Of a stretch of 64,000 nucleotides of DNA, positions 16,355 through 25,643 are shown piece by piece. The notes under the pieces are model-generated. The model was given only the letters and a program-made list of their open reading frames with translations, did not search any database and had not been told where the DNA came from. The first letter of the stretch is position 1, and every line of letters begins with the position of its first letter. The translations under genes and the position numbers were made by a program. The DNA comes from an uncultured archaeon. Its GTDB lineage: Archaea; Hadarchaeota; Hadarchaeia; Hadarchaeales; WYZ-LMO6. The stretch spans positions 314 through 64,313 of the forward strand of contig CALJER010000017.1 in NCBI GenBank assembly GCA_938074535.1, in the 5' to 3' direction.

Positions 16355-17218
16355 TCACCCCGAAACGCTCTGGATCAGCTCGGGCATCGCCACCTGCTCG
16401 GCCTGTAGGTGAATCGTCTTCATGGTGACGCCGGTCATGGTGATGGTGGGCAGCAGATGCTTTGAAATGCTCACGATCCACGGGACCGAGCTCCCCCTCC
16501 ACTCCAGGGGTAGCAGACCTATCGCCTTCCCCTTCACGTAGGTGGTGTAAAGGAGAGCGTTCTTCATCTCGATCCTTGGAGAGGACATCACGTAGGAACC
16601 CGCGGACATGGTGACTCCCTTGGTGCTCATGCCACCCGCCTGAATCTTGGTGGCCTTGACACCGCTGTAGGTGGTCCCCACGATGTCGTAGCTGGACATG
16701 GTGCTGGAGCTGGCCTTCACCTCCACCTCGGAGGGGAAGGTTTTTGACAGGAAACCCTGGACGGAAACATTGGTTCCGCGGAGATACAGGGCGTGCATGA
16801 TCACCCTGGGCAACGTGGCCGGATCCCCCAGCGCCTCCTTGAGGGTGAAGACCCTCCCGGTGTAGGGATCCTTCAGGCCCAGCGGCACTTGGTCTCCCGT
16901 CCAGGAGATCCCCCCGCCCCATGCTCCCACGTACACCGCATAGATGCTCACGTTCTCCCACACCAGCTTGGATGCCGTGAGCTCGAAGCCGCTCTGGTAC
17001 ATCCCCGTCACTTCCATGCGCTGGGCGGTGATGAGGGTGCAGGGAATTCCGTTGTAGCTGGATGGAACCATCTCCCACCCCCACATCTTCACTTCGCTCG
17101 CCGTGACCAGATAGCACGCTGTTCCCTGGGCCAGAGCCCCTCCCGCGAAAAGCGTGGAGAGCGGGACCAGGGCCAGCACTAAGCATAGCCCGGTCGAAAC
17201 CGATTTCACCGGAACCAC
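16355..17218 (-). CDS. Exported beta-rich protein with two internal repeats
   Basis: Signal peptide ending ALA; repeats YNGIPCTLITA / YSGVKATKIQA homologous to C-domain of 18883-19767. Confidence 0.75.
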   Translation of the reverse strand: MVPVKSVSTGLCLVLALVPLSTLFAGGALAQGTACYLVTASEVKMWGWEMVPSSYNGIPCTLITAQRMEVTGMYQSGFELTASKLVWENVSIYAVYVGAWGGGISWTGDQVPLGLKDPYTGRVFTLKEALGDPATLPRVIMHALYLRGTNVSVQGFLSKTFPSEVEVKASSSTMSSYDIVGTTYSGVKATKIQAGGMSTKGVTMSAGSYVMSSPRIEMKNALLYTTYVKGKAIGLLPLEWRGSSVPWIVSISKHLLPTITMTGVTMKTIHLQAEQVAMPELIQSVSG

Positions 17219-17222
17219 TTCC

Positions 17223-17735
17223 TCACACTATCTGGATGTAGGCCTTCATGTTGTCGATGGTGATGGTGGCCAGGGACTGCTTGATCACCTTGGCGCTCAG
17301 GTTTTCCATCTGCGCGCTGCCTGCCAGCACGTAGACTCCCTCGGGTATGTCCCTCCCCTCCATGGACATGTTGTTCATGATGGCTTTGCCCGCATTGATC
17401 TGGGTAGCCGTCATCGAGAGACCGCTGCCCGCGGCCGCGTCTCCCAGAATCCAGGCTCTCACCGTGGCCCCTCCCAGGTTGAACTCCCGGAGAATCTTCA
17501 TCTTCTGGATATTGACGGTCTTCATCTCCGTTACCAGCACGGGTTCTATGAGTCCCCCCTGGACTATCGTGGAGCCGTACATCTTCATGTTGTCACCGAC
17601 CACCTTCTCTGCCGTCAAATCGAAGGTGTACCCTGGGAGGCCGAAGACGATGCCCATCGAGAGGCTCAGCACCAGTATCCCCACCATCGAACCCACTCCT
17701 GCCACCGAAGCTGCCAAGAAGACTCCTTTCCTCAT
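17223..17735 (-). CDS. Exported beta-rich protein, DUF6230-like
   Basis: Hydrophobic N-terminus, FDLTAEKVVGDNMKMYG...PVLVT; ATG overlaps upstream TGA. Confidence 0.65.
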   Translation of the reverse strand: MRKGVFLAASVAGVGSMVGILVLSLSMGIVFGLPGYTFDLTAEKVVGDNMKMYGSTIVQGGLIEPVLVTEMKTVNIQKMKILREFNLGGATVRAWILGDAAAGSGLSMTATQINAGKAIMNNMSMEGRDIPEGVYVLAGSAQMENLSAKVIKQSLATITIDNMKAYIQIV

Positions 17736-18886
17736 TCCTTCACCTCTGGGTGTTCTTCGCCGTGGATCGGGGCTCGACCGCTCTCCGGGGTTGCGGGTTT
17801 TTCTCCCCTCCTCTCCACCGACGAGCGCAAGAGGGAATGAATCCTGCCCACCGCCTCCTCCAGCCCACCGCCCCCACCCCTCCTCTCCGTCTGGGCGGGG
17901 AGAACACCCTCCTCCAGGGGTGGGACTTTCTCCTCGCGCCGAACGGGTTCCTCTACTAGGGAGGGGGCCTGCGAAAGCGAGGGGGGCTGCCAGGCCAGGG
18001 CGTGGGCCCCGGCCACGATGGTGAAGAGGGAGGCGAAGACCTCCCCCACCGGCATGGAGAAGAAGGAAACGACGCCCACGACGATGAACACCACCCCTAT
18101 GATGGAGGTGAGGCGGTCCGAACGGAGCCAGAGCATGGCCCCTGCCAGCCCCATGGTGAGGAGGGCCAGGAGAGGGGTGAGGAAGAGGTCGGGGTGGCGG
18201 AGGTAGAGCTGGCCCGGCACCACCCTGCAGGAGGTGAGGATCCAGGCCCCTCCCAGGAAGGCGAACAATATGGCCCAGAAGGGCCACCTCTCCCTGAAGC
18301 GCCTGAGGGAGGAGAGGGAGTTCAGGAAGAAGGGGACGGAGAGGCAGAGAAGGACGAAGAAAAGCAGCCTGAGCAGGCCGCTGGACAGGTACCAGGCCGC
18401 GGCCAGCCCCACCGAGGGGAGGGCCGTGAGCCCCTCCCTGAGGGTGAGGTGGGGCCTGCTTAACTTCACCTCGGGCATGGCCCAGGTGAAGGCCAGGAGA
18501 AAGAAGAGACTCGCGAAGAGGGCTATGCCCAAGGGGGAGCGGGCGAAGAGGAAGAGGGAACCCAGCCCCGGAATCACCCTGTCCACCTTTCCCACCACCG
18601 CGCTCTTTGGCACCGCCCAGGGATCTGGATCGGGATTGGCGTCCCCCTTGGTGGTGAGGGTCTCCTCCCCCACGGAGAGCACCCGGTGACAGATGTTTCT
18701 GTAGACCACCACGTCGCCCTCCCTTATCTCTCCCGCAGGCTTCAGGAGGACCAAATCCCCGTTGGAGATGGAGGGCTCCATGGACCCGCCCTGCATCACG
18801 TACACCCTTCCCTTCAGCAGGAGGGGGACCGCCAGCAGGAGGGAGAAAAAGAGCAGTATCACCGGCAGGAGCTTTCTCAGGCTCAA
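17732..18886 (-). CDS. SipW/ER-type signal peptidase I fused to DUF6114-like membrane domain
   Basis: GGSMEP, GDVVVY..ICHRV, TKGDAN..D; then RERWPFWA...GGAWIL...GAHALAWQP and a Pro/Glu-rich tail. Confidence 0.8.
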   Translation of the reverse strand: MSLRKLLPVILLFFSLLLAVPLLLKGRVYVMQGGSMEPSISNGDLVLLKPAGEIREGDVVVYRNICHRVLSVGEETLTTKGDANPDPDPWAVPKSAVVGKVDRVIPGLGSLFLFARSPLGIALFASLFFLLAFTWAMPEVKLSRPHLTLREGLTALPSVGLAAAWYLSSGLLRLLFFVLLCLSVPFFLNSLSSLRRFRERWPFWAILFAFLGGAWILTSCRVVPGQLYLRHPDLFLTPLLALLTMGLAGAMLWLRSDRLTSIIGVVFIVVGVVSFFSMPVGEVFASLFTIVAGAHALAWQPPSLSQAPSLVEEPVRREEKVPPLEEGVLPAQTERRGGGGGLEEAVGRIHSLLRSSVERRGEKPATPESGRAPIHGEEHPEVKE

Positions 18887-19767
18887 CCCATCTCCACCCC
18901 CCTGAGCGTGATTCTACCCCCCTCCATCGAGACCATGTGCATGGTGACGTCGGAGAAGGTGGTGGGGTTTCCCAGGAGCCCCACCGTCCAGGGTGGAGAG
19001 CTCCCTCCCTTCCAGCCGGACTGTACGCGCATGCCGAAGGCGCTGCCCGTCCCCCTCATGTAGGTGACGTAGGCCTGGAGGTTCTCCACCTCCATGGAGG
19101 AGGCCCACAGCCCCAGCCCCCCTCCCGCCATCTCCTGCCCGGAGATCCTGGCCTTCCTGGCCGTGATGCGGGTGCAGGGCACCCCCTGGTACTCCACCGG
19201 CCCCTCGATGTCATAGTCCCAGAGGGTGACCTTCCCCACCTTCACCCCGTACTCACCGGCGGCCGTGGGGGGTTCGGGTGGCGGCGGCATCGCCATCATC
19301 ACGACCGCCGGTGAGACGAGGAACCAGACCCCCAGAACGATGATGAGAAAAACCGCAACGATGAAGACGGAGAGGAAGGCGTAACGCAGACCGAGCATGA
19401 AGGAGGAGGGAAGGGAGAAGACGATCATGAGGAAGACCAGAAAACCGACCAGGGGCCAGAGAGACCAGGAGGGGAGGCGGGAGAAGAGAACGAGCAGGAG
19501 GATGAGGGAGGAGAGCGCGAGGTCGAAGATCAGCCTGTGCCTGTTCACCCTCATCCAGAGGGAAACGTTGAAGCCGAAGAACTTCGCCCACACCCTGGAG
19601 GGGACAAGCCTCAACCGCTGGAGCCTCCTCTCCTCCTCGGGCGGCGTGGGAGGAGGTACCTTCTCCGGGGGTGGCGGGGGGGGTCTTCCCTCTATCCTCC
19701 GCAGGAGCTCTTCTCTCCACGCCTCCCGGTTCTCAGGGTGTTTCCCCCAGGTCCCCAGACCGCCCAA
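18883..19767 (-). CDS. Membrane protein (3 TM) with Pro linker and external beta-rich domain
   Basis: Pro-rich N-terminus, 3 hydrophobic helices, PPPPEPP linker, YQGVPCTRITA domain. Confidence 0.72.
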   Translation of the reverse strand: MGGLGTWGKHPENREAWREELLRRIEGRPPPPPPEKVPPPTPPEEERRLQRLRLVPSRVWAKFFGFNVSLWMRVNRHRLIFDLALSSLILLLVLFSRLPSWSLWPLVGFLVFLMIVFSLPSSFMLGLRYAFLSVFIVAVFLIIVLGVWFLVSPAVVMMAMPPPPEPPTAAGEYGVKVGKVTLWDYDIEGPVEYQGVPCTRITARKARISGQEMAGGGLGLWASSMEVENLQAYVTYMRGTGSAFGMRVQSGWKGGSSPPWTVGLLGNPTTFSDVTMHMVSMEGGRITLRGVEMG

Positions 19768-19935
19768 CCTTCACCCGCCCCATCTGGCTTGATCCAGCCG
19801 CTGCGTCTCGGAGAGGGATTTCAAGAGGTCCGGTAAAAGCGACTACTGAAGTTTGTTCTGGAAGATTGTTCGGTGGAAACCCACCCCAACGAGCCCCTGC
19901 TCTATCCCCTAGGCTCCCGCTCCCACAGTCTGGGA

Positions 19936-20748
19936 CTAGTAGAGAGCCTGAGCACCTGCCGCATCACCCGGCTCCAGGGAAACCTTGCAGGTCTCCCCGA
20001 AGTCCGCATAACCGTACATGGTCATGGCCCAGTAACACTCATCATAGAGGTCGTCGAGACCCGTGACGTGACCCGCCTCGTGGGTTGCTATGTTCTGGAG
20101 ATCGAAGGCACCGATAAGCGTATATCCAGAACCCTCACCGTCCCGGTCTATCCCCCAGCGGTAGTAGGAGTTGAACACCATATCCGCGTCCACCAGCTCT
20201 CCCGTATCCGTGAGGTACCAAAGGTAGGTTACCGCCACCACCCCCTTCTTCAATCTGCCCCATGTCACCACGTTCTTATAGTCGGGGCGCCTGGTGCTTG
20301 CGCTGGCGAACCTGTCCGTGGTGACCCTGTGGTCGTACAGCTCCACCTCCACCGCCTCGTCCCAGTTCTCGAAGGCCCTCCGGATGGCTCCCACCACCTC
20401 ACCTTCCTTCAACCCGTAGGATCTTACTGCCAGGGTGGGATTCACCACGTAAGGAACACCCTTGGGGTATCTGGAAAGATCCCACCACACCCCTAGGAGC
20501 GCGTAGGCATCCGGATTACCATCGTTATCAGGATCCCCTATTCCCACCACCTCCCCCTGAGCCGAGATCTTTTCCTCCCCCGCATAGCGGATGAGGATCA
20601 ATCTGCTCAGCTTCCCGAAGTGGTCCACAACCTTCCGCTTTCCCTCCCACTCCCCTGGGAAGAGGTCTTCCTCCGGAGGAACAGCCAGAACGGGGGAAGA
20701 GAGAGCCAGGAGGAGGAAAAAAACCAGCGGCAAAGCCAGAACCCTCAT
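19936..20748 (-). CDS. Secreted metzincin (matrixin-like) zinc metalloprotease
   Basis: Signal peptide; DADMVFN, HEAGHVTGLDD, Met-turn MTMYG. Confidence 0.82.
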   Translation of the reverse strand: MRVLALPLVFFLLLALSSPVLAVPPEEDLFPGEWEGKRKVVDHFGKLSRLILIRYAGEEKISAQGEVVGIGDPDNDGNPDAYALLGVWWDLSRYPKGVPYVVNPTLAVRSYGLKEGEVVGAIRRAFENWDEAVEVELYDHRVTTDRFASASTRRPDYKNVVTWGRLKKGVVAVTYLWYLTDTGELVDADMVFNSYYRWGIDRDGEGSGYTLIGAFDLQNIATHEAGHVTGLDDLYDECYWAMTMYGYADFGETCKVSLEPGDAAGAQALY

Positions 20749-21080
20749 TGGAGAAACCTTCAGTGGGGGTAGTTATAAAGTTATGGTAAGCCGTGTTTCC
20801 TCTGAGTATCACTTTTTCATTGTCAGACCTCCAAGCGCCCTCACCCTGCGCTCGTACCTCACGGAAACGTCCGGGACCGGGAAGAGATGCTCCTCACCCT
20901 CGTGTGTGGAAAGCCCCACGTGCAGGACGGGCTTCACCAGACCCTCGGCAATCTTGGCCAGACCCTCCATCTTCTCCACCCGAGCCCCGGGATAAAGGCG
21001 CCCACTGAAAACAGTTCTGGCGCCTTCTTCTGGCGCTAACTCCAGTTCTCCTTTAAGCCATCCCTCACACCAGCTTCTCC

Positions 21081-21335
21081 GTGCCCGGACTCGAGGACTC
21101 CTTCGAGGAGATCAAGAGGAGGCTGGGGGGAAAGTGGGGTGAGGAACTGGCGGAGGAGATCCTCGGGATCCTGAGCGACGGGACCCCGCACTCCCTCACG
21201 GAGCTGGCGGAGCTCACGAAGGCCTCCAGGGAGAGCATAAAGGCCGTGCTGAAGCTGCTGGAGGAGACGGGTTTCGTAGAGAGGGAGTACCGGTTGACGG
21301 AGTTCGGAAAAAGGACGCTGGTCTCCCAGGAGTAG
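21081..21335 (+). CDS. Small winged-helix protein
   Basis: HSLTELAELT...VLKLLEETGFV...YRLTEFG. Confidence 0.55.
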   Translation: MPGLEDSFEEIKRRLGGKWGEELAEEILGILSDGTPHSLTELAELTKASRESIKAVLKLLEETGFVEREYRLTEFGKRTLVSQE

Positions 21336-21336
21336 C

Positions 21337-21600
21337 TCAGCAGAACATCCTCCTTAGCTCCCTGAGCTTCCGCAGCACCCTCCTTCCTTCCTCCGTGATG
21401 CAGTAGACCCTCCGCGAGCTCTCCCCACCATTGAATTTCATCTCCAGCAGCCCCCTCCCCATCAGCTCGTCGATGTACTTCTGGGCCAGCCCGAAGCCCA
21501 AGTTGGTCTTGTAAGCTATCCCCGTCTTCGTCATCCCCCCCAGACCGGCCAGCTCCAGAATCTCCCCTATGATCTCCAGTCTGTTCCTTCTCCCCTTCAT
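21337..21600 (-). CDS. Archaeal wHTH regulator (COG3432-like)
   Basis: RRNRLEIIGEIL, KTGIAYKTNL, YCITEEGR. Confidence 0.8.
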   Translation of the reverse strand: MKGRRNRLEIIGEILELAGLGGMTKTGIAYKTNLGFGLAQKYIDELMGRGLLEMKFNGGESSRRVYCITEEGRRVLRKLRELRRMFC

Positions 21601-21805
21601 GCGCTTTTGCCGTTTTCACACCCCCATCCTAAAAATGGCCCGTGGTCCTTTCCCCCCACACCGTCACACGGTGACCCTTTTTCGAAACATCCTTCCCTTT
21701 TCGTCCCTCAACCTTCCCCCATCCTCCCTGCTTCTTTCCGCTTTTCTTGTGTGATACCAAATTGTTTAAATATGGTGGCGAGGAAGAAATAAGCGGGATC
21801 AGGGG

Positions 21806-22891
21806 ATGAAGGTGGGGGGTCCTAAACACCTACCCATAGGGGCATATCTACCCGGCAGGAAGATCGTCGAGTACCTCGTTCTGACCGAAGACCCTGTGAG
21901 CACCCTCGCAGAAATCACCTGGAGGGCCAAGGAAAAGGGAGTGGAAATCGTGGCGGGGAACCTCACCGCCGAACCCCGATCCCCCCTCAGGCACTTCTCC
22001 TTCTTCGCCGACCTCACCCACTCCGAGACCACGCCCGAGGAGCTGGAGAAGGAACTTGCCAAGGTGGAGGGGGTGAAGGAGGTCTTCTCCCAGCCGGGAA
22101 CCTCCGAGGGCCTGCTGGTGGACAGGCTGCACTTCCCCCTGATGGTGATGGAGGAGAGGGCCATCACCCTCAGGGTGGAGACCTTCGGGGACCTCCTGCA
22201 GAACCTCAACCAGGTGGAGAGCAACAAGCTCTCCTTCTTCAGGCTGGGGGTGAAAGCGGGGCTGAGAAAGGCCAGGAAGGTCTCCCAGCTGGGGCTGAGC
22301 GGGGCACAGGCCCTGGAGCTGGTCCTCACCGAGAGGATAGCGAAGGGCTGGGGTTTCCCCTCCATCAAGAAGTTCAACGGGGAAACGGTGGAGGTGGAGA
22401 TGCAGGACCTCTTCGAGTGCCTGCCCTTCAGGGGGAAGGGAAAGGAGAGCAGGAGCCAGTTCTTCCGGGGCTACCTCTCTGGCCTGGTATCCGGCCTGAT
22501 TGGAAAGGAGGTGATCATGGAGGAAACGAAGTGCATAGCCAAGGGAGACAGAAGCTGCTACTTCGCCTCCATCCCTGGCCCCCTCTCCGAGGTGGGCACC
22601 AAGCCAAGCGAGACCCCCCAGGTGAGGGAGGAGCTTTTCGCCACGGTGAAGGAGATCTTCGGGGAAGAACTGAAGTTCAAGGCCCTGAAGTTCCTGGCCA
22701 GGAAGGGGGTGGCCTCCATCAGGGAGATCGCCAGGAAGATCAACATCGCCCCCAAGAACCTCACCCGCCACCTGGAGCACCTCCTGCAGAAGGGAGTGAT
22801 AGAAACCGTCTACAGCGGGAAGAACATCAAGCTCTACAGGCTCTCCCCAAAGGCGGAGGTGCTGGGGAAGTTCCTGCGCAGCGATCTCTGA
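21806..22891 (+). CDS. ACT-like + V4R + C-terminal ArsR-type HTH protein
   Basis: KGWG, LFEC, FFRGYLSG, ETKCIAKGDRSCYF (V4R); SIREIARKINIAPKNLTRHLEHL (HTH). Confidence 0.78.
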   Translation: MKVGGPKHLPIGAYLPGRKIVEYLVLTEDPVSTLAEITWRAKEKGVEIVAGNLTAEPRSPLRHFSFFADLTHSETTPEELEKELAKVEGVKEVFSQPGTSEGLLVDRLHFPLMVMEERAITLRVETFGDLLQNLNQVESNKLSFFRLGVKAGLRKARKVSQLGLSGAQALELVLTERIAKGWGFPSIKKFNGETVEVEMQDLFECLPFRGKGKESRSQFFRGYLSGLVSGLIGKEVIMEETKCIAKGDRSCYFASIPGPLSEVGTKPSETPQVREELFATVKEIFGEELKFKALKFLARKGVASIREIARKINIAPKNLTRHLEHLLQKGVIETVYSGKNIKLYRLSPKAEVLGKFLRSDL

Positions 22892-22918
22892 CCCTTTTTA
22901 ACCGGGAAGAGTAAGGGA

Positions 22919-23599
22919 GTGATGCTGGAGACCCCTCTGGTCATCGTGAACTTCAAGGCCTACGCGGAGGCCACGGGAAAGAAGGCCGTGGAGCTCTCCA
23001 GGATCCTCTCCTCCGTCGCTGAGAGGGAGGGGGTGTGCGTGGCCGTGGCGCCCCAGGCCCCCGACCTCAGGAGCGTGGTGGAGGTGGGGCTTCCCGTCCT
23101 GGCCCAGCACGTGGATCCCCTCACCCCCGGTGCCCACACCGGCTGGATCCTCCCTGAGGCGGTGAAGGAGGCGGGGGCGGCGGGCTCCCTGATCAACCAC
23201 TCCGAGCGTCCCCTGAGGGCTGAGGAGATAGAGGCCTGCGTGAGGAGGCTGAGGGAGCTTGGTTTGGTGAGCGTGGTGTGCGCGGCGGACCCGGGGCTCT
23301 GCAGGAAGGTGGCCTCCTTCCGCCCCGACTTCGTGGCCGTGGAGCCCCCCGAGCTGATAGGGACGGGAAGGGCGGTCTCCAAGGTGAGGCCGGAGGTGGT
23401 GAGCGAAGCCGTGAAGCTGGTGAAGGAGGTGGACCCGGGCGTGAGGGTCCTGTGCGGGGCCGGGATCTCCACCGGGGAGGATGTGAGGACGGCGCTGAAG
23501 CTGGGGGCGGAAGGAGTGCTCCTGGCCTCCAGCGTGGTGAAGGCCAAAGACTGGAGGGCCGCGGCCGAGGACGTGGTGAGGGGAGCCAGGAGGGACTAG
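22919..23599 (+). CDS. tpiA: Triosephosphate isomerase, archaeal type
   Basis: VNFKAY, INHSER, AVEPPELIGTG, GVLLAS. Confidence 0.95.
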   Translation: MMLETPLVIVNFKAYAEATGKKAVELSRILSSVAEREGVCVAVAPQAPDLRSVVEVGLPVLAQHVDPLTPGAHTGWILPEAVKEAGAAGSLINHSERPLRAEEIEACVRRLRELGLVSVVCAADPGLCRKVASFRPDFVAVEPPELIGTGRAVSKVRPEVVSEAVKLVKEVDPGVRVLCGAGISTGEDVRTALKLGAEGVLLASSVVKAKDWRAAAEDVVRGARRD

Positions 23600-25239
23600 C
23601 CCTCCTCCACCCGAAAGGGCACGTCCCTGAGGGGATCCGAGAGCTCCTCCTCCGTCATGGGCTCGGGCGAGGGAACGGAGAGGCGGAGGATGGGCTGGAG
23701 CCTGCGCTCCACCTCCCTGACCAGACCCTGCATGCGTTTGACCTTCCTGCGGGAGGAAAAGTGGGAGGCCAGGTCGAACCTGGACTCGGAGAGGAGGATG
23801 ACCACCCTCCCGAAGGAGAAGCGTCCCGTTCTCCCCTTGCGCTGGATGTACCTTATCTCCGAGGGAACGGGCTCGTAGAAGACCACCATGTCGACGGAGG
23901 GTACGTCCAGACCCTCCTCCGCTATGGAGGTGCCCACCAGAACCCTGGTCTCCCCCCTCCTGAACCTGTCCAGGACCTCCAGCTGCTCCCTCTGCTTCAA
24001 TCCCGAATCGCGGGCCCTGCTGGACTGCCCCACGAACCTCTCCACCCTCACCCCCTTCAGACCCTGGGAGAGGTACTCCACGAGCCTGGAGGCCGTGGCC
24101 CTGTACTGGGCGAAGACCAGCACCCTGGACTCCCCGGAGGACTCCAGCTGGGCCTTCACCTCCGCCAGCAGCCTCTCCATCTTGGGGTGCTCCGGGAGGG
24201 CGGAGGCCAGCAGCTCCCTGAGCCTCGCGTACCTCGGATCCCTGAGGAGAAGGGAATAGGTCCTCCTCTCGCCGCTCTTCCCCTCCACCCCCTCCAGAAA
24301 GGAGCGGAGGGCATGGGGGCCCTGGGACTCCAGCAGCTCCAGGGCGTGGTAGAGGGTGAGGGAAAGGGACTGGTACCTCATGGCGGTGAAGAGGGGCCCC
24401 TTCTCCCTGGCCGTCCCCAGCTTCTTCCTCAGTTCCTCCCCCACCCCGAGCAGGATCTTCCTGGTCACCCTGCTGGGGGGAACCCTCAGGTAGCCGTGCT
24501 CCCACAGCCACCTCACCTTCTCCCCCGCCATCTCCCTGAGGAGGGAGGAGAGGGGGGAGTACTCAGGAGGAAGGGGCACCCTGTGCCAGCTCACCTCCAC
24601 GGGGTGGACGTAGGGGCTCACATCCTCGTCCAGCTCGGTGCGGTACTCCACGTGCTCTATCCCCAGCGCCCTGCAGACGGCCTCTATCCTCTCAGGGGAG
24701 GAACCCGGCGAGGCAGTGAGCCCCAGCAGCAGGGGATGGGGGCACTCCTGCAGGTAGCGCTGGGCCACCAGCGTGTAGGCATACTCCTTCACCGCCCTGT
24801 GGCACTCGTCGAAGACCAGCAGGACGAACTCCTGCAGGCTCAGCCTCCCCCCCTCCAGGTCGTTCCTCACCACCTCCGGGGTGGCGAAGAAGACCCTTCC
24901 CTCCCTCCAGGCCCTCCCCCTCCTCTCCGGGTCCACCCTCCCCGTCAGGACCCTGAGCTCGGAGGGTAGGAGGCGCACGGAGGCCAGGAAGCTTCTGGCG
25001 TGCTGGACCACCAGGGGACGGGTGGGGGCCATGACCAGGACCCTCCCCCTGCGGTACCTGTGGAGGAGGTGCGCCGCCGCCAGGATGGAGATCACCGTCT
25101 TTCCCAGGGCGGTGGGAAGGATCACCAGGGTGTTCCTCCTCACCGCCTCCTCCACGATCTCCTCCTGGTACCTCCGGTACCTCAGGGTCTTGGGCCTGAG
25201 CAGGGGATGCTCGAAGAACTCCTTCAGATCCTCCTGCAA
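23596..25239 (-). CDS. Hef/FANCM (ERCC4-related) SF2 helicase lacking the C-terminal nuclease domain
   Basis: RRYQ, LPTALGKT, DECHRA, LTASPGS, EEGLDVP, YIQRKGRTGR; ends about 60 aa after motif VI; start TTG 25239 or CTG 25227. Confidence 0.88.
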   Translation of the reverse strand: MQEDLKEFFEHPLLRPKTLRYRRYQEEIVEEAVRRNTLVILPTALGKTVISILAAAHLLHRYRRGRVLVMAPTRPLVVQHARSFLASVRLLPSELRVLTGRVDPERRGRAWREGRVFFATPEVVRNDLEGGRLSLQEFVLLVFDECHRAVKEYAYTLVAQRYLQECPHPLLLGLTASPGSSPERIEAVCRALGIEHVEYRTELDEDVSPYVHPVEVSWHRVPLPPEYSPLSSLLREMAGEKVRWLWEHGYLRVPPSRVTRKILLGVGEELRKKLGTAREKGPLFTAMRYQSLSLTLYHALELLESQGPHALRSFLEGVEGKSGERRTYSLLLRDPRYARLRELLASALPEHPKMERLLAEVKAQLESSGESRVLVFAQYRATASRLVEYLSQGLKGVRVERFVGQSSRARDSGLKQREQLEVLDRFRRGETRVLVGTSIAEEGLDVPSVDMVVFYEPVPSEIRYIQRKGRTGRFSFGRVVILLSESRFDLASHFSSRRKVKRMQGLVREVERRLQPILRLSVPSPEPMTEEELSDPLRDVPFRVEEG

Positions 25240-25622
25240 CCCCTCCCCCTCCTCCCCAGCCACCCGTCCAGCGGCTCCCCGTCCCCGCGCTCCAGCCTGT
25301 AGCTCTCCCCCCCGCTCTTTCTGAGCTTCCCCAGCTCGCACACGAGGGGGGAGGTCCTGCGGAAGCCGAAGCACAGGAGGGGCCTGGCCCCCATTCCCCT
25401 CGCCTCCCTCCTCAGCTCCTCCACCTCCTCGGCGGGCACGTAGAGGCGGTCGCCCATGGTCTTCTTGCACGAGACCAGGAACTGCGGTCTGCCCTTTTTC
25501 GTGATGAGCAGATCGTAGCTTCCCAGGGAGCTCCCGGACCTCCTCCACTCGTAGCCCCAGCGCTCGAACCTGTGGGCCACCCTGTACTCCCACCTGGTCC
25601 CTCTGCTCTTGGGGGTCACCAT
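25224..25622 (-). CDS. Hjc-like Holliday junction resolvase (PD-(D/E)xK fold), variant active site
   Basis: KSRGTRWE, RRSGSSLGSYDLL, VSCKKT. Confidence 0.72.
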   Translation of the reverse strand: MVTPKSRGTRWEYRVAHRFERWGYEWRRSGSSLGSYDLLITKKGRPQFLVSCKKTMGDRLYVPAEEVEELRREARGMGARPLLCFGFRRTSPLVCELGKLRKSGGESYRLERGDGEPLDGWLGRRGRGCRRI

Positions 25623-25643
25623 CCCTTCAGACTTCTCCCTTCT

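Noticed and set aside
20808-21060. Possible 53-aa ORF (MEGLAKIAEG...) or gene remnant on the minus strand
   Set aside because: No recognisable motif; cannot be supported without a homology search
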